A stretch of 64,000 nt of DNA from Rhizophagus irregularis (taxonomy: Eukaryota), in assembly GCF_026210795.1 (NCBI RefSeq), contig NC_089431.1, positions 2,666,001 through 2,730,000 of the forward strand, read 5' to 3'. The position numbers and the translations under genes were made by a program. This document shows positions 55,710 to 64,000 of the stretch, piece by piece. The notes under the pieces were generated by a model. The model did no database searches and had not been told where the DNA came from. It was given only the letters and a program-made list of their open reading frames with translations. How positions within the stretch are numbered: position 1 is the first letter of the stretch; every line of letters begins with the position of its first letter.

Positions 55710-58700
55710 ATCTTACTATTACAATTTTAATAAAAAGATACAAATACTACACATTTATTTTGCTTTAAAAACTTATAACCTATTCTTATAACTTCAAACT
55801 TTACTATTTAGATTATAAAAAATTTCAATCATCTCATCCACACAAGACTGATATCTATTGTCAATTAAGGCATACCAGAAATCATATAATTATGCTCAAT
55901 TAAAGACCTGACCTCTTTACTTTCTATATGATTAAATTCTAATTGGCTAAAAAAATACATATAATATACAATATATTATATTATATTTTTTTTTTTTAAA
56001 TGTTGAATCATGTATCATTTTATTAGAATATATTTGGATTACATAATAATTACAACTATTCTGTAAATGATACTCCCAGCTCCTAGCCAGTCCGATCAAA
56101 CATTAACTATTACTAATAAATTAAGAATAAAATTAAATAGTAAAAGTAAACCAAAATATTTAAACCAAAATACCATACTATAAACCAAAATTAGATTAAA
56201 AAGAAAAATAAAAGTAAAATAAAATAAAATTATGAATAAAAAGTAAAATTATTATCATTATTTTTTTTTTTTAAAAAGTCTTACTCCAATAATTTTTTGC
56301 TTATGTATAATGTAACCTTATCAAACTTCTTCTTTATTGGGATCCAATTCTCACATATGTATTTCTTTATAAAGGTATCCATTGATTTCTTTACCAAAGG
56401 AATTGACTTTTGTATTCGATCTGCTTTTCTTATTTTTATATCTTTTGCTTTATCTGACGGTTGATTTAAGTTGTCCTTTAAGTTGTTCTTTATTTTGAGT
56501 TCTATAGTAATTTTATCTGTTCAAGTAATGCCTTTTCTTTTTTCCCATAAAATAACTTGTTCACATCTTGGTTTTCATAATAATTCTTTAAATATTAAAA
56601 TGAACCGTATTAAAATATTGGCCATAAGCATCTGTACCTCAGTAAGAGATATCTTAAAATCTTTTTGTAATTTTGTTATTAAACAAGTTTCAACTTTCAC
56701 TTCCAATGCCAAGTGTTGGAACTTTTAGAATTTTTTTGACTTTGCTGTAACTCCTATTATATCTTGTAATACATTTCTAATAAAATCTTCACTTTGACAT
56801 TTAATTTGTTTTTGTTTTAAACATATAATTATAGATTTTTCTGTTGTAATTTCTAAAATTTTTTGCCAAATCAATTTATATGCTTGACATTCAAATAAGT
56901 AATTCCAATTTTCCTTCTTGTTACAGTTCATAATACATTTCATCTCCTTATAAAGTTTTGGCTTTCTTAATGCTAGAATAGATCCTAAAGAAAGGATTTT
57001 ATGAAATAGTTTTGCTATAAAAGTCCACAAATAGTTAGTTTGCATACTAGTGCAGTGAAACCCTTTGCAATAATGGAAAATAATCCAAGTAATTTTCCAG
57101 TCTATCTGATTGATATTTGCATAACATAATTCCTGATTATTTTTTAGTAATGACCATTCAGTAGCTTCATGTGTAGCTAATATTTTCAAAATAAATCGCC
57201 TAATAATATTAACTTCAATAGGACTATCTATAAAAACAGGAAAATAAGATAGTATATTATCGATAAAATCTACATTATTTTTAAAAAGATTATTTCCATA
57301 TTGGCCTTTTTTTGCCAATTTGTCAGTTATATCATTTCCTATGATGCCACTATGTCGTTTTATTTTAACCAGCTTTATGTTTATTGATGCCTCTCTGATC
57401 AGCATAATTATTTTAATAATGATCAAGTTATTAGTTTTTTTGAGCCATTTTCTAGTTGTTGAATCAAAAGCTGAGTTAATTGAATTAATAGCACTTAAGC
57501 TATCTGTGTATATAGTTACATTAGAATTTTCTGGTGCTGTCAGTAATGCTAAGAAAATAGATGATGGCCAGAGATATAGACTTGAATATACTGAATATTC
57601 TCCTTCTTCATTATTTGTATAAAATGCTACTCCTAAATTTACCATAGTATTATCTGCCATATTATATGAATGATTATTGGTATCTATAATTTAATTAGCT
57701 AGTGATCCATCTGTATAATATTTAATGTTTTTCAATGACCTTAATTTATATCGTATATTTGTAAGTTCTTGTCTAAGTGTATCTTGTTCTTTTTCTTTAC
57801 AAGTCCTATTGATAGTTTATTATTTTTATCTTTTATTATCACATACGGGTGTTTTCACTTGTCCTCTGATACTGGCTGTAATATATTATCAGGAAATTAA
57901 ATATAGAAAATCTGGATATTTCTATTATCAATATTCCCTTGATCTATTGGGTCAACAGCTAAAACCATTTAGCTATTCGTCCTTTGGCTGATAGTCTTGC
58001 AATAAAATGATAACATACCCAACTCATAGTATGTCCAGAAGGTAATATTAATTGACTAGCATATATAAGTGGGTATGAATTTGAGGTTCCAATTTTTCGT
58101 AATAAATTGAGGCATCTATGTGTTATAAATATTTCTCTAATGGGTATACTCCCCCGCTGATAGTCCATGTTGTCCTATTTATATAATCTTATTGTATAAC
58201 AATATTTAACTTTTGGGCTATAATAATATTATATAAACTTAGATTAGATTTGGCTTCTTGATGACCTAAAAATAAAGATCCTGATTCATGTTCAAAAATA
58301 TTATCATGTATAGCCAAACGTAGCTGTGCAGCTCTACATCTTATTATTATGAATCTAGATGCCAGTGAATTACTATTTATTAAATATGTAAAGAAAGTAA
58401 TCTGATTTGCGCATATTTGATCCCATGGATTATTAATTCCTAAAATGTATTGATGATATAATGCCGATATTAGATAACTCCTAGGCAATCCACATATTTG
58501 CTTAACTAACTTGATTACTGGAGTAAATAAAAGATTCCATTCATTTTCTGATAATGTCATTAATTGGGCTACATATACTACTCTTGGAATGAGAACGTGA
58601 TTAATAAGATATGCAATGTGTCCTACTGTAATACGTTTTCGTTTGATGGGATTCAAAAATTTTTCAATTATATCCTTAATTCTTTTGATTGATCTTTTTC

Positions 58701-58765
58701 TTGAATTGGAAGAAGAGAAATAACATTCTAAATAATGTATTTCTTTATCTGTGGCTTGAACCTTT

Positions 58766-59351
58766 CACTGGTAAAAAAATGGTCTATCCTACACATATTC
58801 TACACATATCTTATATATATTGGGTACTCAAAATGTAGAAAATCATACACAAATAATACACATATCATACACATATCGGGTACTTATATATAGGGTTGTG
58901 GTAGTACACCTGTACTAGCAAAATTCTAGTACGTACTGTACTAGCAAAAAATTTCGTACAATCTTTTAAGTACACTGTACTAATACAATTATTACTTTTT
59001 AGGATATAATTTAACCATTTTAGGTAAATATCATGTGATCAATATTGTTTATATTTATAAAATTAACCAATAAAATTTATTAATAGTATGTACTAAAATT
59101 GTATTTGTACTAAATTTTCAAGTACAAGTACAGTACTTAGTACTGTACTATACTGTACTAGTACTGTACTAGTACAATTCTCAACCCTGCTTATATATAT
59201 AGTATACCTATCAGGTATCTGATATATGTATGATATATATATTAGTACCTGATATGTGTATGATATGTGTATTATTTGTGTATGATTTTCTACATTTTAA
59301 GTATCCAATATGTGTAAGATATGTGTAGGATAAATCATTTTTTTACCAGTG
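58766..59351. mobile_element. Second copy of the palindromic CACTG MITE (TSD TTT), inserted in the LINE RT region
   Basis: Same sequence as 41842-42120 in opposite orientation; removal restores CDKSKVQATDKEIHYL. Confidence 0.93.
58891..59189. mobile_element. hAT-type MITE nested in the CACTG MITE
   Basis: TIR TAGGGTTG / CAACCCTG; perfect 8-bp TSD CTTATATA; GTACT subterminal repeats. Confidence 0.9.
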
Positions 59352-62300
59352 TTTGATTTGTCACATCCAATAATAATATATAGATTATCTCTAGGTAATT
59401 TAGGATTAATAACTATCAGTTTGAACTTTTTCCCATTTATATCTACATCATGAAAATGATAGAACTGTGTGGCTATATTGATCGATGCCTGAATTTTATC
59501 CCCTAAACTATCCAAATAGCTCGTATCATCTATATAGGCTTTGACTGGTATCCTTAATCTAAATTGCTGCTATGTTGATCGATCCCAAATATCTGTAGGC
59601 CATGTATTCACCATTTCATATCCTTGTTGGTAGTTGCACGCTTGTTGAATGGCTACAAGCAATGGATTGTAAAAGATTCTCCATAGGAGAGGTGAGATTG
59701 CATCTCTGGTCTATACCATCTCCTCCTATGAAAGTTGGACTAGGGCTGAAAGCTATTATTACGTTCATTTGTCTATTCTTGAATAGGCCTGTAATCCATA
59801 TGACAAATTTCTCTAGTATGTCTAGCTTTCTTAATGCTAATTATAGACTTTCTAGACTAACTGAATCATAAACTTTCATCATATCTTGGGTTACTACCCA
59901 AAGTTCCCTTCCATTTTCCCTTGCGTCTTCAATTATATTATTCATCAATCGTAATAGTATTGCTATGTCTTGCTCTTTGAGACCGCAAAAATTTAATCTG
60001 CGTAAAACTTTATTAGATGTCAAAATTGCACTTAACCGATTTGTTATTTACTTTGGTGACGTATTTCCTAATATTATCTAATAATGCTATGGGACGCGTG
60101 TTGCCAAAATATAATTGAATTTTTGTGGTTTTGGAATTAGGTGGATAGGTGACTGCTTCCACTGGTCTGACACAACTCCTATTTTCAAGGACAGATTAAT
60201 GAATTTTAATAAAATATAATTAGATTTTTCTGAGAAATGTTTAATTATAGCATATCCAATGCCTGAAGGACCTTGCGCTGAATTCGTATTTACAAACTCA
60301 AGTGTTTGATGTCATTCTCCTATTGTTATCTTGTTCATTAGGTTAGTCATACATTCAGTGAATTCCCCTTTCGGCCTATATATATTACTCCAGAAAACGT
60401 TCTGTTCTATTGACTTAGTATTGCATTTTCGTAAAATTCCTGCAAAAGTATCTTTTGCATGAGTTCTAATTGTATCAGGATCAAAAGCTAATCTAACACC
60501 TTCATTCTCATTAGAAATTACTGCTCTATCAATGACAATGTGTTCTTTAACGTTATCTTGTGGGGAGTGTAACCATTTAGGGATATCTGAGTGTATTATG
60601 TTGCACTGATTTTCTATACTATCTTGGATCTTACATAGCCGTTGCGCTTGTAAATAGTTTTTATCTATTTTGACTCTCTTTTTAAACACTTTTTTAGCAT
60701 TCTTTATCCATGTGTTACTGAAGAGACTATTTGTAGGAATAGTAATTTCTTTATGATTATCAATAAATTTATCATATTCTATCCTGTTGTAATCTTTGTT
60801 GTATTTATTGATTCTATTTATCCAAAAATTAATCCATTTATCATCTTTATTGTCAATGAAATCCTGATCCTTGCTTATTTTCCTCATTAAACTTTCCAGT
60901 TTAATGGTATGTCGCATGGTTTTATCTACAAATGATAATTTATGTCTTGTATTACGACTTTCCAGATATTTAACTATCTTCGTAGGCAGCTCTATATTCA
61001 CCGCTATTGATATTGTGCTCATGATATTATTCCAAAGCTCATTAAATCTACATCTTATTTTTTCTCCATCATCGTTCGTTTTATATCCTAATTGTATTTT
61101 ATAATTGAATTTATCGATTAATTGTTGAAAGTCCCATGCCTCTATTTTTCTGTCCAGTATTTCAGTAAAATTCTCCCATTGTAAATTAGTTATTTTACTG
61201 ATGTCTACTATGCGATTATTCTGATGTCTATCATCTAAGTTTAAATCCTGTATCTGATCTAGGACACAATACCAGAAGTTGTTCTTAATAATAAATCCTG
61301 ATATATTTACCGTTGTTGAAATAATACTATGATGGCTATTTGTGATCATCTGTGATGAGTGCACCGAGAATTCTACTGGAATAACATCGGCTTCATGTAT
61401 GATCCAAATTTGATCAATTCTTGATATCGAGATAGGGCTTGATTTATCCTTATTTTTATCTCATTTCTCATGTGTAAATAGCTCTGTATCTGGATAAAGA
61501 GCTCAGCAAACATCATAAAGTCCCAGTTGCGATAACTGTATCAGAAATTGTAATCCTGGTTGTTCAGTACTAGGCGAGCGATCTATTTTATTGTCAATTG
61601 TATCGTTAAAATTGCCTAATACAACGTGTAGTACTACGGTGTTGTGAATTGATCAGTTATGTTCCTCTATAGCCATTTTCAATTCATCAATCAAGTTTTT
61701 CCTCATATCTTGATTGTTAGGGGTGGCATATATTGACCAGATCCATATTTCTCTCTGTATGAATAAGAATTTAACTATTATGATATATGGAGATATGTAT
61801 TCTACTGCATAGTAATATTTCATCTATCTGTTATAAATCACAAGTGCTGTTCCTGATCCTTTGGTTTTTTGATCTCATTCACTGAATATTATTGAGTAAA
61901 CCTTTGACTTAATATCTTGGTTTATAAAATATTCCTGACAATAGTCTATATTAGTTTCTGATATAGCCATAATATTGATATTATTTTTTTCGATAAATTC
62001 TAACAAACTGTGAAGTTTTTGTATAGACGGAGTACTAGCTATCCCATCTATATTATATGCTACTATGTGCAAGTCTAAATACATCGAATCATTTGTTTCT
62101 TAATTATTTAGATTCTTCTTAGTAAATCTTAATCTCTGTCTTGCTAAGAATACATTAACGTTTTCTTCATTTGTCAAAGATTTGACTATTTCCTCTAAAT
62201 TGTCTGGATCTTTTTGGAAATCTCCCTTTTCATACGTTAATTCAGTTGTTTCTGAGTTCGTCTTATGTTTGTTCTGTGTTTGTTGTAATTGTTCATTACT

Positions 62301-62368
62301 CGCGTGTTGTATGGAGGATGACGCATTGTTGTTCTGATTATTTTTGAGAAGAATGCTCGGAACTTGAC

Positions 62369-63080
62369 TATACTTGTGTCTGAAATTATTTTAGTATTAC
62401 GGAAATACGTAATTACGTAATTCTGTAATTATTAAGTAATTCATTAAAAAAACTCCGTATTCCGTAATTGATTTCAGACTCTGTAATTAATTTCGTATTA
62501 CGAAAATATTTGGCCAGACTTAATTTTGGCCGATTTATATATATAAACTTTAACAAATAATAACTCGGCACCCAGTGATCCATTTTGGATGATCTTACTA
62601 CCATTTGATTCGTCTTGATAAGACAATTCTAATGGTAGTAAGATCATTTAAATCCAATCACTAGATCGCGATCCGATACCAATAACTTTTAAATATTTAT
62701 AGCGTAATAGCTCTGCCAATTTCAATGCTAGAAAGATGATCTTACCGCCATTAGAATCGTCTCGTCATGACAAATCGAATGGTGGTAAATTCATTCAAAT
62801 CTAATCACTGGATCGTACTCCGACACCAAAATTCATTAAATGTTTATAGTAATTTTACTCCATTAATATCGGTGCTATAGAAATGAAACACATATCATTA
62901 GATTCGTCTCGATGAGACGAATAGAATGGTAGTAAGATCATCGAAATCTGATTACTAGATCCCGAGATATTCGCAATTTCGCACTATTATGCAAATTTCA
63001 GAATTTCGGAATACGTAATTAATTACGATTTCGTAATTTCAGATTTTGGATTTGCCAATTGAATCTCGGAAACAACTATA
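62369..63080. mobile_element. Non-autonomous element with 8-bp TSD and three ~150-bp palindrome-bearing repeats, inserted in the LINE 5' region
   Basis: TIR TATACTTGTGTCTGA / TCGGAAACAACTATA; perfect TSD AACTTGAC. Confidence 0.88.
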
Positions 63081-63229
63081 AACTTGACATTGTTTCAGCC
63101 TTTTTCCGTGTGTAACTCTATTGTTGATCATCTTGTGTAACCTTCGCTCTTGTTTTTTATTTAGGCCAGCTAAAGAAAAAACTGTTGTATTCAATCTCGA
63201 CAAAATAATATTATAATGATATTATATTG

Positions 63230-63780
63230 GTCACAATATATTATATTAATAATATATATATATTATAATACAATTAATTTGCTATTTAATAATTAAATTT
63301 GCATAAACTTTTTTTTATTTGTAACCCTCTTTATATTTTATAAAACAAAAAAAAAATCATTAAAATTAAACTGCTAAATAGTAAATTAATTGCAAAAAAA
63401 CCTCTTAATAAATAAATTACTATATATTATATATATATAATATAATTATTTTATTATCCAATAATCCAATTTGCATAAACTTTTTTTGTTTTGTAACCCT
63501 TTTTATACTTTATAAAACAAAAAAAAAATTTATTAAAATTGGATTTTTAAATAGTATGATAATTATAAAAAAAGTTTCTTAATAAATAAATTACTATATA
63601 TTATATATACTATATAATACAATTATTTTATTATCCAATAATCCAATTTGCATAAACTTTTTTTGTTTTGTAACCCTTTTTATACTTTATAAAACAAAAA
63701 ACAAAAAAAAAATTTATTAAAATTGGATTTTTAAATAGTAAGGTAATTATAAAAAAAGTTTCTTAATAAATAAATTATAT
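63230..63780. repeat. Three tandem copies of a ~176-bp AT-rich unit
   Basis: TTTGCATAAACTTTTTT..GTAACCC recurs at ~63298, ~63470 and ~63647. Confidence 0.85.
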
Positions 63781-64000
63781 ATTACTTACTATAAAAGATA
63801 TATTATTACTATAAAAGGTATATTGTAATACTTGCAGGATTTAATCTCTACTAAATTACATAATTTCTGGTATACCTTAATAATATACGAATGTCTTCAT
63901 CACAATATATTTTAAGGAATGCTAATATTAATTATTTATAAAATTTATTACCAATACATATTTTGCTGATTTTAATACATCTCACATTGCACTCTCAATT

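Larger units (their letters stand above)
55986..63170 (-). mobile_element. Decayed non-LTR retrotransposon (LINE) with APE endonuclease, RT, RNase H and C-terminal Cys motif
   Basis: APE: IVAYNIDG..AISETN. RT: QDMMKVYDSV and YIDD. RNase H: IYTDGS, IYTDSLSAI, HSGIIGND..DKLAK. C-terminal C..C..E..YLFEC. A 12-T run at 55986-55997 is a plausible polyA tail. 5' limit uncertain. Confidence 0.9.

Overview
Very AT-rich eukaryotic DNA with short GT-AG introns. Gene content and repeat types suggest an arbuscular mycorrhizal fungus (Glomeromycotina, Rhizophagus-like); this is inference. The first ~34.3 kb is gene-dense: an Est1/SMG5-7-family PIN protein, a HAUS7/AUG7-like gene, DED1, a REC114-like gene, CSE1, a candidate KASH protein, a ketopantoate-reductase-fold protein with altered catalytic residues, an intronless NEDD8-like gene and a glucose-6-phosphate 1-epimerase. 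From ~34.6 kb to the end there are only pseudogenes (RING, Crinkler-like nuclease/kinase, coiled-coil) and a decayed LINE. These are interrupted by 14 non-autonomous DNA transposons with readable TIRs and TSDs, some nested three deep. The most unusual signal is in two unrelated elements, one CACTG-ended and one hAT-like. Each carries a tandem array of 11-12 'micro-exon + intron' units. The branch point, and in array 1 also the 5' splice site, sits inside a hairpin, with covarying arms in array 1. Exon boundaries and family calls were read by eye with no database search.
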